Shown: positions 20,485 to 30,849 of the stretch, one piece after another | Layout of the letters: each line of letters begins with the position of its first letter | Numbering within the stretch: the stretch's first letter is position 1 | NCBI GenBank assembly: GCA_965215885.1 | Contig: CBDCEW010000033.1 | Span: forward strand, 1-59,619 | DNA length: 59,619 bases | From: Candidatus Moanibacter sp. | Lineage (GTDB): Bacteria; Verrucomicrobiota; Verrucomicrobiia; Opitutales; UBA2987 | Reading direction: 5' to 3' | The notes under the pieces: generated by a model | What the model saw: the letters and a program-made list of their open reading frames with translations, nothing else | Told to the model about the DNA's origin: nothing | Databases searched by the model: none | Translations under genes and position numbers: made by a program

Positions 20485-21375
20485 TTACAAATCGTACCCA
20501 TACCGGCTGGCGATGGGCCCAGCGATTTTCCCCAAAGTGGCCCTCATTTCAGGTGTCCAGCTCCCGATGTCGGAAAACTTGCCGGAGGTTTCCTGATTGT
20601 AATGCTTGGCGAGAATTCGTCGAATCTTCCTGGGATCCGGGGAATCTGAATCAATCAGGGCGAAGAGAGAAGAGAGGGTCTCGCGATCGTTCGCGAAAAG
20701 CTGCTCCGATTTAACCGTCAATTTCTGGTCGGCAGGCAGCTGGGAGAGGAAGTCTCCTATCCAACGATTGGTTTCCGACCAAAGCCAGATATTGCGTTCA
20801 AAGGGGGACTCCTGCTGCCAACTCTCTGCGTCCTTGCTATCGTTCCCCGGAACAATTCGCCAGCAGTCAAATTTGTTTCCCTGGTACCAGCGGCGACGCA
20901 TTGCTGATCGGACAACGCTCCTTGGATCGCGAACGATGTGGACAAACTTTACTCTGGGAAGGGCTTCGACGATGAGGGGAGCGAGAAAGGTCACTTGCGG
21001 GCTGGTCTCGACGTAACGCCTGCCAGTTAATGCAGTATCGGCAAATCGCTTTCTTCTCGCAGTGAGAAACGCTTCACAAAGTAAAGAGCGCATACCTTTG
21101 CTCCCGTCGTTTGGGAGCTGTTCGTAAGCTATTTTCGACAAACCATAGAGGTGCGGTTCGGGTTCATGAGAGGCGTAGACGCCGCTTACCAGATTGAATA
21201 AATGGGCCAGTGTTTGTGTGCCGGTTCGACCGGTCGACAAAGCAAACACGCAGAGCGATGGAAAATCCTCCGGAGAAGCCTTCGAATCGTGAATACGCCG
21301 GCCTACAATGTGGAATAGCTGCCGCGGCGTGGTGTCAATGAGACGCACGCAATGTCGTTTAAAAAGTTCCAACAT
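20485..21375 (-). CDS. Sulfotransferase family protein
   Basis: STGRTGT (5'-PSB loop), HEP, HIVRDPRSVVRS (3'-PB motif). Confidence 0.8.
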   Translation of the reverse strand: MLELFKRHCVRLIDTTPRQLFHIVGRRIHDSKASPEDFPSLCVFALSTGRTGTQTLAHLFNLVSGVYASHEPEPHLYGLSKIAYEQLPNDGSKGMRSLLCEAFLTARRKRFADTALTGRRYVETSPQVTFLAPLIVEALPRVKFVHIVRDPRSVVRSAMRRRWYQGNKFDCWRIVPGNDSKDAESWQQESPFERNIWLWSETNRWIGDFLSQLPADQKLTVKSEQLFANDRETLSSLFALIDSDSPDPRKIRRILAKHYNQETSGKFSDIGSWTPEMRATLGKIAGPIASRYGYDL

Positions 21376-21480
21376 GGCAGTCAGTAGAGTATCGAGAGAG
21401 ACGGAGCATTTTCGATCACCAGTTCGAACATTGGGCCCATTAGGAAATCCTTGATACGGAGGCTAAACCTTTTCTCGGCA

Positions 21481-22542
21481 TTAGAGTTCCTCATAGACGC
21501 TCCATAGCCTTCTATTTATTTCCTCTCTATTGCAGTACTTCTCAACGAAACGTCGTCCTTCTCGCCCGATGCGCTCTCTTTCCTCCGGATGTTGAATGAG
21601 CCATGCTAGCTTCTCCGTCAGATTGTCGATCGTTGCACTAACTATCGGGATATCCGGATGAAACTCATCTTTTATCGAAGGAATCAGATAGGTGACCACC
21701 GGCTTGCCAAAATACATTGCTTCGAACACAAGTTGTCCCGGTGCACCGATGAGAAACTGGTCTACGACTATGTCGGCTTCATTCCGCAGAATATGCTCCG
21801 CCTCCGCGTGGGTCAGGCCCTGCACGCGGCGATACTCAAATTTATGGCCCACTTGGCGCAGCGCATCGATCGCGTTTTCGATGTAACGGGTTCCCTTGAT
21901 TTCAGGTTCGGTTGGTGCATGCACGATGAGAGGTACTGTGGCTGTATGATACTCTTGCGGGCAGTAGGCGTCCAGGTCGAAGGTGTTGTTCACCCAGAGA
22001 TCTTTAATGATTTTTTCTTTTGAGATGATCCTGGCAGCGTTTGCATATACATCGCGAATCGCTATGACACGGTCTACCCAGAGATTATGCCAAAGCATCA
22101 TTCTTTTCTTGCGGCCGTCGAGTCTCGGATGGACGAGGGAAGTCTTCAGAAGGTGCCAGTAGGGATTACGCTCTTTCTCGACCTCGACAAGACGGATATC
22201 GCTGCCGCAGTAGACCATCACGATCTTCTTCCCCAAGAGTCGAAGAATCGGCAAGTCCAGGTTGAATTGTAGGAGGCTCGTTCCGAAATAGAAATTAAAG
22301 ATGTCATATTTTCCGATGCAAAGGAGCAGAACCCCCATTCTTACCAGCTGTCGTTTCCAGAAACTGCAATTGGGGAGGTCGAGGCAAAGATGATGAATGT
22401 CCTTTCTCGGATGTTTCAAAAAAGTTATGAAGTCCGAAACAGCTCCATGCTTCCGTTGCCAGTCAGCAAGATATCTACCGATTCCACCGATGTTACTTGG
22501 GCCGTGGTAGATCCGCGGAGACTTTTGTATTTTACTACCCAC
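21481..22542 (-). CDS. GT-B (GT4-like) glycosyltransferase
   Basis: HAPT...KGT, DIVVDQ, EAMYFGKPVV; the first 16 aa of the track ORF come from a MITE, so GTG 22542 is the likely start. Confidence 0.8.
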   Translation of the reverse strand: MGSKIQKSPRIYHGPSNIGGIGRYLADWQRKHGAVSDFITFLKHPRKDIHHLCLDLPNCSFWKRQLVRMGVLLLCIGKYDIFNFYFGTSLLQFNLDLPILRLLGKKIVMVYCGSDIRLVEVEKERNPYWHLLKTSLVHPRLDGRKKRMMLWHNLWVDRVIAIRDVYANAARIISKEKIIKDLWVNNTFDLDAYCPQEYHTATVPLIVHAPTEPEIKGTRYIENAIDALRQVGHKFEYRRVQGLTHAEAEHILRNEADIVVDQFLIGAPGQLVFEAMYFGKPVVTYLIPSIKDEFHPDIPIVSATIDNLTEKLAWLIQHPEERERIGREGRRFVEKYCNREEINRRLWSVYEEL

Positions 22543-22639
22543 TAGCCCGCTTTTCGTTGCCGGCAAGTAGCGTAATAGCGTCGACGGCATCGTTTTGTTG
22601 TTCGAGAGTCTTCAAATTATCGTGAGAAAAGCGGGCTAG
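22542..22639. mobile_element. MITE family B (98 bp)
   Basis: Perfect CTAGCCCGCTTTTC...GAAAAGCGGGCTAG. Confidence 0.8.
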
Positions 22640-22660
22640 TCCCGGCAAGCCGGGAGTAGA

Positions 22661-22756
22661 TAGGAATCTTTCGGTCTCATCTGGGTCGGAATATCGATCT
22701 GTCATCATAAAATCTGCACCGCGGAGATGTTAGGAATGCTAAGTCCGACAGATTCC
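22661..22756. mobile_element. MITE family C (~96 bp)
   Basis: TAGGAATCTTTCGG...CCGACAGATTCC; aligns along its length with 47595-47695. Confidence 0.75.
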
Positions 22757-22987
22757 GAGGATCGGAGTCTTCTTTTCCAAAACCACCTCTTTGAGGACGG
22801 GTAAAAGGCCAAATTCCCGAATATGCGTCATCCCGGTGTCGAAAGCGCCAACACCCGGTAAGATCAGCTTGTCCGCCTCGGCGATCGCGGATGGCTCCGA
22901 CGACACCTTCGCGGCCACCTCATTCTTCTTCAGCATATTCAGGATCGATTCGATATTCCCCATCCGGTAATCAACGATCACAATCAT
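22739..22987 (-). pseudogene. hisH: HisH-type glutamine amidotransferase subunit (glycan-cluster paralogue), truncated
   Basis: IVDY.MGN, LILPGVGAF; ends right after PILGIC. Confidence 0.85.
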
Positions 22988-23011
22988 TCCGCTCGTTTCT
23001 CCAATTCCGCA

Positions 23012-23575
23012 CTAAACGTCATTCTCGTTCTCTCTCCGCGTCCGTGCGATCTCCTCCTCGATATATTCGTCCGTTATATCTCCGATCTTCCGGGCCGGCG
23101 ACCCGGCGTATATGGTATTGGATGGTATGTCCCGATTGACAACCGACATGGGAAGGATTTTCACGCGATCCCCAATCGTAACCCCGGCGTAAACGACGGT
23201 CGGACCCACGATATAGCATCCCCCTCCAATAGTTGTGCGTTCCCGCCGGATGAGTGGGCTGTCCATTACGTTATTCATTGTCAGATTCGACAGGAAACTG
23301 GTGTGCGTCCAGACGTATACACCTGCCCCGATGGTGGTATGGGATCCCACTGACAAACCTCCCGACGCATCCAATATGGCGCCTTCGCCGATCCAGACGA
23401 ATTCGCCGCATGCGAATTTCTCCTGGCTGATGATCTTGGCCCGCTCGCGAATCCGGCAGCCCTTGGGAAGCCCCAGTACGTCGGCGCGCTCATCGTCCGT
23501 CATGACGGAACTGATGAAGTAATTCAAAATCTCGTTTCGCAGCCTGTTATTTCTTTCTTCGTCTTTGAAGATCAC
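23012..23575 (-). CDS. Hexapeptide-repeat acyltransferase
   Basis: WIG...ILD.SGGL.VG, V.IGD, AGSPAR. Confidence 0.8.
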   Translation of the reverse strand: MIFKDEERNNRLRNEILNYFISSVMTDDERADVLGLPKGCRIRERAKIISQEKFACGEFVWIGEGAILDASGGLSVGSHTTIGAGVYVWTHTSFLSNLTMNNVMDSPLIRRERTTIGGGCYIVGPTVVYAGVTIGDRVKILPMSVVNRDIPSNTIYAGSPARKIGDITDEYIEEEIARTRRENENDV

Positions 23576-23645
23576 TTTTCCAGCCTCCTCTCTTGCATTT
23601 GACGCCGGGACAATCGGATCGATCTACGGCGCCCCTGCGGTAATC

Positions 23646-23942
23646 TCAGCGAATAAAGGTTCGCAGCCAATTCTCCACACTGATCAGGGACCAGATCAGG
23701 AGGCGACGATTCTCCTTCCCGTCAAGATGCTCTTTCACCAGTTCCCTGACCACCGTAGGGTCAAAATAGTCGTTAATACGCGCATCGGAACGAAAAAGCA
23801 AGTTGCGGACATAATCGATACTCTCACCGCGATACCAGCTGCCGTCGGGTCCGAGGTGAGCGATCGAGTCGGTCATTTTCCGTAGGTCTTCCGTCGAGAC
23901 CGGATCAGCCTTGAAATTGAGTATACCTGCTATTCCACACAA
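23646..23942 (-). pseudogene. AsnB-like amidotransferase remnant with a large in-frame internal deletion
   Basis: CGIAG..H.GPDG joined directly to SWYRGESIDYV...NRRLLIWSL, which is the C-terminus of the paralogue at 13386. Confidence 0.85.
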
Positions 23943-24220
23943 TCCGGGAGCCGGGGACGGCCTCGGCCTCCCGGAGCCGACGCCTACTTGGTCCAGAAAG
24001 TCACAAAGGTTAAGGGTTTCCTTGAACTCGCGAAAAAAGGTCTCGATGCTCCACCCTGTCCGGGCGGGAACGCTTTAGCATTTCTCTCTGGCAAATCATA
24101 AGCTTGGGGGGCTTTATTCGGAATTTCGCGGTTCGCGTTTAGATTGCCAGTCTTAACTTCTATGATAAGAGAGTCGAATATCGGATGCGGATACCGATCT
24201 GACTCGGCGGCGAAACAGGT

Positions 24221-25330
24221 ATGTTGAAAATCATCTCAGTAGTGGGCGCCCGCCCACAGTTTATCAAGGCGGCCATGATCTCGCGCCGGTTGGAGGCCTC
24301 CGAGGAACTGAGTGAAATCTTGATTCACACGGGACAGCACTACGATCCTAATTTGTCGGCGATATTTTTCGAAGAGCTGAATTTGCCTGAAGCGAATGTC
24401 AATCTCGGTGTTGGATCTGCTTCTCACGGCGAGCAAACGGGAAAAATAATGATAGCACTCGAGCCGATTCTGGTCAGGGAGGAACCAGATTGTATTTTGG
24501 TTTACGGAGATACGAATTCAACTTTGGCGGGGGCCCTTACGGCGGCAAAGATCGGCATCCCAATAGCCCATATCGAGGCTGGGCTGCGTTCTTTCAATCG
24601 CACCATGCCGGAAGAGATAAATCGGGTGCTCACGGATCATGTTTCGGAATACCTCTTTGCACCAACCCGCAATGCAGTAGAGAATCTGAAAAGAGAAGGA
24701 ATTGGGGACGAGCGTATCTTCGAAGTAGGAGATGTGATGTATGACGCCGCACTAACCTACGGACGAAAGGCCGAAGAAAAGAGTGGAATTATCGAAGAGT
24801 TGAAACTGGAGGCAGGGCAGTTTCTTCTGGCGACCGTTCATCGCGCTGAGAATACCGATGACAAAAGACGGTTAGAGTCGATATTTCGGGGGCTGGAAAG
24901 AGTGTCTCGAGAACTGCCCGTGGTAGTGCCACTTCATCCTCGCACGCGAAAGGCGCTCGATGGTACGGAGTTTTGTCGACAGGACTCGTCCGAGCTCAGG
25001 ATTATCGATCCCGTCGGTTACCTTGACATGATAATGCTGGAAAAGAATGCGAGGTTGATAGCGACCGATTCTGGTGGAGTACAAAAGGAAGCATTTTTCT
25101 TTCGAGTACCTTGTGTGACATTAAGAGAGGAGACCGAATGGGTCGAACTCGTTGAAATCGGCTGGAATCGTCTGGCTCCACCGATTGAAGGAGTGGAGAT
25201 TGGGAAAGTCATTGGCGATTTTTTGAAGGAAGAACCGGAGCCATCGCCGGAAGGCCTCTACGGCGATGGTGAGGCAGCCAGCGAAATTGTTCGGGTATTG
25301 GGTGACGCACTGAGTTCCTCACCCATCTAA
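24221..25330 (+). CDS. wecB: Non-hydrolysing UDP-GlcNAc 2-epimerase (WecB/WbpI-like)
   Basis: VGARPQFIK, HTGQHYD, GDTNST, HIEAGLRS, PEE.NR, TDSGGVQKEA. Confidence 0.92.
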   Translation: MLKIISVVGARPQFIKAAMISRRLEASEELSEILIHTGQHYDPNLSAIFFEELNLPEANVNLGVGSASHGEQTGKIMIALEPILVREEPDCILVYGDTNSTLAGALTAAKIGIPIAHIEAGLRSFNRTMPEEINRVLTDHVSEYLFAPTRNAVENLKREGIGDERIFEVGDVMYDAALTYGRKAEEKSGIIEELKLEAGQFLLATVHRAENTDDKRRLESIFRGLERVSRELPVVVPLHPRTRKALDGTEFCRQDSSELRIIDPVGYLDMIMLEKNARLIATDSGGVQKEAFFFRVPCVTLREETEWVELVEIGWNRLAPPIEGVEIGKVIGDFLKEEPEPSPEGLYGDGEAASEIVRVLGDALSSSPI

Positions 25331-25383
25331 TAATTGCCTCTCTGAGCTAAGGCAACTACGGCATCCATCTCCGATTACCTGCC

Positions 25384-26697
25384 CTACGGCAAAATAGTAA
25401 CCATCTCCCCTGGACCCAGCAATCGCGATTGAGCAATCGTAAAGGAGGGGGTTTCACCGGCGTAGGTCTTTAATTGCTCATCATAATGCAAATTAAAGTC
25501 TCCTCGAAAAACTACCCGGTCGGCCACAATAGCGCCAAACAGGGTCCCCTGGGTTCCGTCTCCTCTCAAATCGATGTATGCCAGCGGTGCGTAAATCGAA
25601 GCATATAGATCAGGAATCCCCATAATATAGTAAAAGGCCCGATTCTTCCTCGGCGCCGTAGAATAAATAACTAATTTCTTCGGGTCTTTCGTATAGTTCA
25701 CGATCCCCTCGCTGTAAATTCTGAAATCGTCTTTAATATATACAACGAGTGATCCATAGGGCTCTCGTATTTCCACTTTGCCATAAATGTAAAAATCATC
25801 TTCGACGACCAGAAGAACATCTCCGTTTATCCGCAGAGTCTGACCACTCTGCACACTCAAATCGCCCGCAATTCGGTATTCTTCCCGCGTGGCGCCATTC
25901 CCCAAGTCAATAATTGTGGAAGTTGGAAACCTCGTCGAAGTCCGTATTACAGGAGGGGTCACCTCCCGAAAAGAGGCGCTAAAATCCTTTGAAAGGCGGT
26001 ATTGATCGATGTTCACCCATGGTGGTGTTCCGACGCCATAGATCCTTCCCTGTCTGCCCACGGAGGGGGGACGATTGCTTCCCCTCCCGGAATTTACGCA
26101 AGCAAATCCATAGATCTCCGCGTTAGTCCGATTGTAGGTATACATGGCTTCGGCGGCCACGTTCCCGGCATCGTTTCGATTAAGGAAATCATCGTAGGGT
26201 CCCTTTGCCGAATCATAGCTGTCGACCTTGATGACGTTATTTGCTCCATTGCCACGGTAGTAATAAACCCAGGTCCCCGCCGTAACCGCATTGCCGAAAA
26301 GCGCGCGTGGCCTCAAATCGTATTTTACCTGCCGCTTCACCGTCATCCCGGACTTCACTTCGATCCTGGCTTCACTGATGATGCTCGGTTCGGTCTCTAT
26401 GTCCTCAACTCTTACAGTTACCTCAGCTGTTTGGCCGTTTCCAATGTCTATGAGGGCTAATTCCCGCACCGCCTCTGAACCGCTGATCTGCCAACCCTCC
26501 CAATCGTCGTAATTGAGCGCCAGTACCGCGGTCTCACCACCGGCGTCAACCAGAGTCACGGCGCTGGCCGTGAAAAAATCGAGATCTTCCAGTTGAGACT
26601 CGGTCAAAAGTGACCTCAGGAAGGTGCCGGCGACGAAGCCGACCGCTCCTGCTACCATCAGCGTCATAAGAAGCATTGAACCTTTTTTTGATTTCAT
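25384..26697 (-). CDS. PilX-like minor pilin / pseudopilin with a large C-terminal domain
   Basis: KKGSMLL plus hydrophobic helix; DSYDS, IYAP.A, GAIVA, HYDE.L motifs. Confidence 0.6.
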   Translation of the reverse strand: MKSKKGSMLLMTLMVAGAVGFVAGTFLRSLLTESQLEDLDFFTASAVTLVDAGGETAVLALNYDDWEGWQISGSEAVRELALIDIGNGQTAEVTVRVEDIETEPSIISEARIEVKSGMTVKRQVKYDLRPRALFGNAVTAGTWVYYYRGNGANNVIKVDSYDSAKGPYDDFLNRNDAGNVAAEAMYTYNRTNAEIYGFACVNSGRGSNRPPSVGRQGRIYGVGTPPWVNIDQYRLSKDFSASFREVTPPVIRTSTRFPTSTIIDLGNGATREEYRIAGDLSVQSGQTLRINGDVLLVVEDDFYIYGKVEIREPYGSLVVYIKDDFRIYSEGIVNYTKDPKKLVIYSTAPRKNRAFYYIMGIPDLYASIYAPLAYIDLRGDGTQGTLFGAIVADRVVFRGDFNLHYDEQLKTYAGETPSFTIAQSRLLGPGEMVTILP

Positions 26698-26699
26698 AA

Positions 26700-27308
26700 T
26701 TAGTTAGTCGTTATTCTGTTACGTAAGAAAATGGAGGTCGACACATCATGATAGACCTTAAAACTGGTGTTGGATCCGCGCGCCACTGTTACGCTCATCT
26801 TTATCTTTTTTACATCAAGCGCGTTTTCGGTAGCTTCACCGTTCGTATTGAAGTAGGTAAAATTGCAATAATCGACGCCCTCGATCAGTAATAACTCATC
26901 CCCGTCTCCTGCATTCCCTCCAGCGCTAGTAGTGTCATTGTATTCTGGATATAACGACGCGTCTTCTGGATCAGGTACTATAATGCGAACGACGGTCCCA
27001 AGGTGCTTTTTGAAGAGGTATTTGATCTCTTCATATTCTTCTCCTGTACTGCCCACCGGAATCCTTATGGTAAAACTGTCAAGCGAGAGTGGAGACAGAA
27101 CAAAAACGGCCTCCCGCAGATCATCGTTAAATGTTTCCATCGCCCGGTCCGACTGCAAACTCATCTCCGACTTGTAGGCCATATTCAAGTTCGATTGCAT
27201 CAGCAACATGGTCGATCTCCCGAGTGTCGTCAGCATAATCGCGCTCACCGCCATTGTCACGACCATCTCCGTGAGAGTGAATCCTTTAACTGTTGACCTT
27301 TTCCGCAT
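26700..27308 (-). CDS. Prepilin-type N-terminal cleavage protein (PilW/PulJ-like)
   Basis: KGFTLTEMVV class III signal. Confidence 0.8.
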   Translation of the reverse strand: MRKRSTVKGFTLTEMVVTMAVSAIMLTTLGRSTMLLMQSNLNMAYKSEMSLQSDRAMETFNDDLREAVFVLSPLSLDSFTIRIPVGSTGEEYEEIKYLFKKHLGTVVRIIVPDPEDASLYPEYNDTTSAGGNAGDGDELLLIEGVDYCNFTYFNTNGEATENALDVKKIKMSVTVARGSNTSFKVYHDVSTSIFLRNRITTN

Positions 27309-27363
27309 ATTCCCCTTCAGGGCTTCTCTCTAACGATTTCTCTCTTCCTCACTCTCGGCGTCC

Positions 27364-27930
27364 TCAATCATCCTCCTCTTCTTCTTCTTCGTCATCATCA
27401 TCATCGTCGTCGTCATCACTTCTTCCCTCAGCCGGATATAGCCTCTCACCATCAGAGTACTCGAGCGATCGGTAGTTGTAATCATAAAGACCACCTTCAG
27501 TGAAATAGGAAACGAACTCCCGTTGGTTTGTCTTGCGGCTCTTCGAATCAGTCCAGTTGAAGACCAATCGAATTTCCTTCTGATGCTCTCCGCGAGGAGT
27601 TATGATTCTTTCGCACTTGTACTTCTTAAAAGGGAAATTCGTAAAATGCTCTTCCGGATCAAATTTACTCCTCTTTTTCAAATCCTCTATTTCACCCCAT
27701 CGTAGAGTGCGAAGATACTCCATTTCGTTCTGCAACACTTGCGCGGCCAGGTTCTCACTTTCCACGCCCTCTGACATGACCGTCGCTTGATTTACCGCGC
27801 TAAAGCTGCCTGCCAGCACCACCGTCATCACGCTCATCCCCATCATTAACTCTGTCAGTGAGTGCCCCCAGCTCCTCTTTCGCATTTTCCCCCGACTTCT
27901 CTCGTTAGTTCTCGCCCATCTAATATTCAT
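27364..27930 (-). CDS. Prepilin-like protein (PilV-like) with an acidic tail
   Basis: GHSLTELMMGM class III-like signal; alternative ATG at 27885. Confidence 0.65.
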   Translation of the reverse strand: MNIRWARTNERSRGKMRKRSWGHSLTELMMGMSVMTVVLAGSFSAVNQATVMSEGVESENLAAQVLQNEMEYLRTLRWGEIEDLKKRSKFDPEEHFTNFPFKKYKCERIITPRGEHQKEIRLVFNWTDSKSRKTNQREFVSYFTEGGLYDYNYRSLEYSDGERLYPAEGRSDDDDDDDDDEEEEEEDD

Positions 27931-28608
27931 TGTGGATTTCCCCCCTTTTTAGATTTTCAAACAATCTAAGTGATTCACCTCAAAATGTCTATAGATAACA
28001 TCGTTAAAGGATTATGAAAATACAGTAAAAAGAAGGTAAAAGCGCTAAGTGACCACACGTGAGTCCTGGTAGAAAGTCACGATCTAATATCGGAACAATG
28101 GAAATCAGATATGCCCCCAAACCCGCATTATTACTGGATTTCCTGGCAACTCGGAGCTTCAGTCTCCTCAAAAACCTCCGTGCCATAAGCTGCAAAAGCA
28201 GATCGCACAGTGGAGAATTGCTCCGGCACAACGCGGGCTCGACTGCAGGACGTTAGGTGAATAGGGAATGTGCGGCCACCCCCTAAGGGGAAGGTTTTAT
28301 CGACCCGATAGAAGACATCTCCGTTTTTCCAGGAGCGTAAGGCAATTCTTGATTGAGATGATGGGCCAGGCGCACCCGAAGCGGAGAATGCCTGAAGCGC
28401 GCAAAAGGGCATTAGCCTTGAGGGGTTTGGATAGGTTTAATTCGACACAATAACGCTTTTTCAACGACCGTTCTTTTCAGAGTGACAATGTTCCAGATCA
28501 TTTTTGCATCGGTGCGAGAACCCCTCCATACGTGCACTTGAGGGTAGACAGGCGAGGACTGAAAATAGTCTTCACCTTTGTCAGGTTAAGCGATATAAAG
28601 TTCGCAAC

Positions 28609-29655
28609 GTGCGAATAGAATCCGAAGTAAAACTCGATTTCAATGACGTGCTCATCCGCCCTAAACGGTCGACCCTCACGAGTCGAAGCGACGTTAATCT
28701 TGGTCGCGGTTTTGAATTCCGGCACAGTCGACGAAAATTCGAAGGTATTCCCGTCATGGCCGCAAACATGGACACAATCGGGACCTTTGAGATGGCTCTG
28801 GCCCTCGCTGACTTTCAAGCCGTAGTTGCGCTGCACAAACATTATTCGGCGGGGGAAGTGATTGATTTTCTTGAGCATAACGGAGGAAGCCTACCCTTTG
28901 TCTGTGTGAGCACCGGTATTACGAGCGAAGATGCTTCGAAATTGAAGGAGATTCTGGCGGACGAAAGATCAAGACAGATTTTTGGAATCTGCATCGATGC
29001 GGCTAACGGTTACACCGAGTCATTCGTCGAATTCGTTCGTAGAACCCGGGATGAGTATCCGGATTTGACGATCATTGCGGGCAATGTCGTCACGGGTGAA
29101 ATGGTCGAGGAATTGATCCTCAGCGGGGCGGATATTGCGAAAGTGGGTATCGGTCCCGGTTCGGTCTGCACGACGCGCAATATGACCGGTGTGGGATACC
29201 CTCAGTTGTCGGCCATTATCGAGTGCGCCGATGCCGCTCACGGTTTAGATGGGCGAATTATCGGAGACGGCGGTTGCACCACACCGGGAGATATTGCTAA
29301 AGCCTTCGGGGGGGGCGCGGACTTCGTTATGCTGGGCGGGATGCTGGCTGGGCACCTGGAATGTGGGGGGGATGTGGTGGTTGAAGATGGAGAGAAGAAG
29401 ATGCTCTTTTATGGCATGTCGAGCGACACCGCGATGCAGAAATACGCGGGTGGAGTGGCCGAATATCGCGCAAGTGAAGGCAAGACAATAAAGGTGCCGT
29501 TTCGCGGAAATGTCGAAGATACTTTCAAGCAGATTCTGGGCGGTATCCGGTCCTGTTGCACCTATGTGGGCGCTCGGAATCTTAGAGAGCTGCCCAAGAG
29601 AACGTCCTTTATCCTCGTCGCCCAACAAACGAACGACGTTTTTGGGAAGGTTTAG
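28609..29655 (+). CDS. guaC: GMP reductase
   Basis: MRIE...[40 protein letters not shown] start at 28609. Confidence 0.95.
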   Translation: MRIESEVKLDFNDVLIRPKRSTLTSRSDVNLGRGFEFRHSRRKFEGIPVMAANMDTIGTFEMALALADFQAVVALHKHYSAGEVIDFLEHNGGSLPFVCVSTGITSEDASKLKEILADERSRQIFGICIDAANGYTESFVEFVRRTRDEYPDLTIIAGNVVTGEMVEELILSGADIAKVGIGPGSVCTTRNMTGVGYPQLSAIIECADAAHGLDGRIIGDGGCTTPGDIAKAFGGGADFVMLGGMLAGHLECGGDVVVEDGEKKMLFYGMSSDTAMQKYAGGVAEYRASEGKTIKVPFRGNVEDTFKQILGGIRSCCTYVGARNLRELPKRTSFILVAQQTNDVFGKV

Positions 29656-30521
29656 GAGCCTTTCGGCTTACGCCGACTATAAGGCTCCTGGAGGCTCTGC
29701 TCGGCGGCATCAACCGATTGGGCAAGTAGGGTGGCGATTGTCATGGGGCCGACTCCACCGGGAACAGGCGTGTAAGCGAGTAGGCGGTTGGGATCGGCCG
29801 GTGGCTCGATATCTCCGATTTGATCGGGGTGATAGCCGGCATCGATTACCACGGCACCGTCCCTTATCCAGGAATCTCTGATAAAATGGGGCTTGCCGAC
29901 CGCTCCCACCACAATGTCGGCCTGGCCGACAAGACCCGCCAGTCCTCGGGTTCTGGAGTGACAGACGGTAAGGGTGGCGTTGGCATTGAGCAGCATGGCC
30001 GCGATTGGTTTTCCCAGAATGGGACTTCGCCCCACGACCACGGCGTGTTTGCCTTCAATTTCGATCTCGTAGTGATTCAGGAGGCGCATAATCCCCGCCG
30101 ACGTGGCTGACCCGTAGGCCGGTTCATTCATGACCATGCGACCGAAACCGTGGCTCGTAACTCCGTCGACATCTTTTCCCAGAGCAATGGAGTCGAAGCA
30201 GCGCCTCTCGTCGATCTGTTCAGGGACCGGATGTTGAAGGAGGATCCCGTGCACCTCAGGATTCTCGTTGAGTTCTTCAATGGCGGCGAGAAGCTCGTCT
30301 GTTGAGGTCTCCCGTTTAAAATCGACCTTAAGGGATTCCATGCCGACGCGCCGACAGGCGTTTCCCTTCATTCTTACGTAAGTCGCCGAAGCCGGATCAT
30401 CGCCGACAAGAATCGTGGCCAGAACGGGTGCTCGACCCTTCTTTTCAACAAGGGCAGCAACCCGCGTTTTGAGGCCGGCCTCGATCACTCGGGCCGGTTC
30501 TTTGCCGTTTAACACTAGCAT
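29652..30521 (-). CDS. folD: Methylenetetrahydrofolate dehydrogenase/cyclohydrolase
   Basis: [35 protein letters not shown]. Confidence 0.95.
   Translation of the reverse strand: MLVLNGKEPARVIEAGLKTRVAALVEKKGRAPVLATILVGDDPASATYVRMKGNACRRVGMESLKVDFKRETSTDELLAAIEELNENPEVHGILLQHPVPEQIDERRCFDSIALGKDVDGVTSHGFGRMVMNEPAYGSATSAGIMRLLNHYEIEIEGKHAVVVGRSPILGKPIAAMLLNANATLTVCHSRTRGLAGLVGQADIVVGAVGKPHFIRDSWIRDGAVVIDAGYHPDQIGDIEPPADPNRLLAYTPVPGGVGPMTIATLLAQSVDAAEQSLQEPYSRRKPKGS
29654..29689. repeat. Small hairpin at the convergent guaC/folD ends (MITE-end-like, possible terminator)
   Basis: AGGAGCCTT-TCGGC-TTAC-GCCGA-..-AAGGCTCCT. Confidence 0.5.
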
Positions 30522-30849
30522 TTTGTTTTCAAGTCGCCCTAAAATCTCAGGAATTCCGGGGTCAGGAATTGGCCGGAGTCAGGCCGACTGATTCCTCTCA
30601 ATAAGATGAAACCGAATTTCCAGAAAACCTGAAGCACATTATGAGCCGAATTTTTCTTTCCCCGGCCAGGAAGAAAGAAGAACCGATAGACAATTCCATC
30701 GGCTTAAGCTTTCTAAACTCGCGGAAACATTCCTCTATCTCTGAGCATGCGTGAATTGCGGGGGATTCGACGACCGACAGATTCCTAATTCGAAATCGAT
30801 TTTCTCTTGGGTTTCAGTTGAGATATGTTATCCAAATTGATTTTTTAAA

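Noticed and set aside
27931..28608. Riboswitch or ncRNA upstream of guaC (also checked near folD and metF)
   Set aside because: No purine, ZTP, THF or SAM consensus recognised by eye; an Rfam scan would settle it
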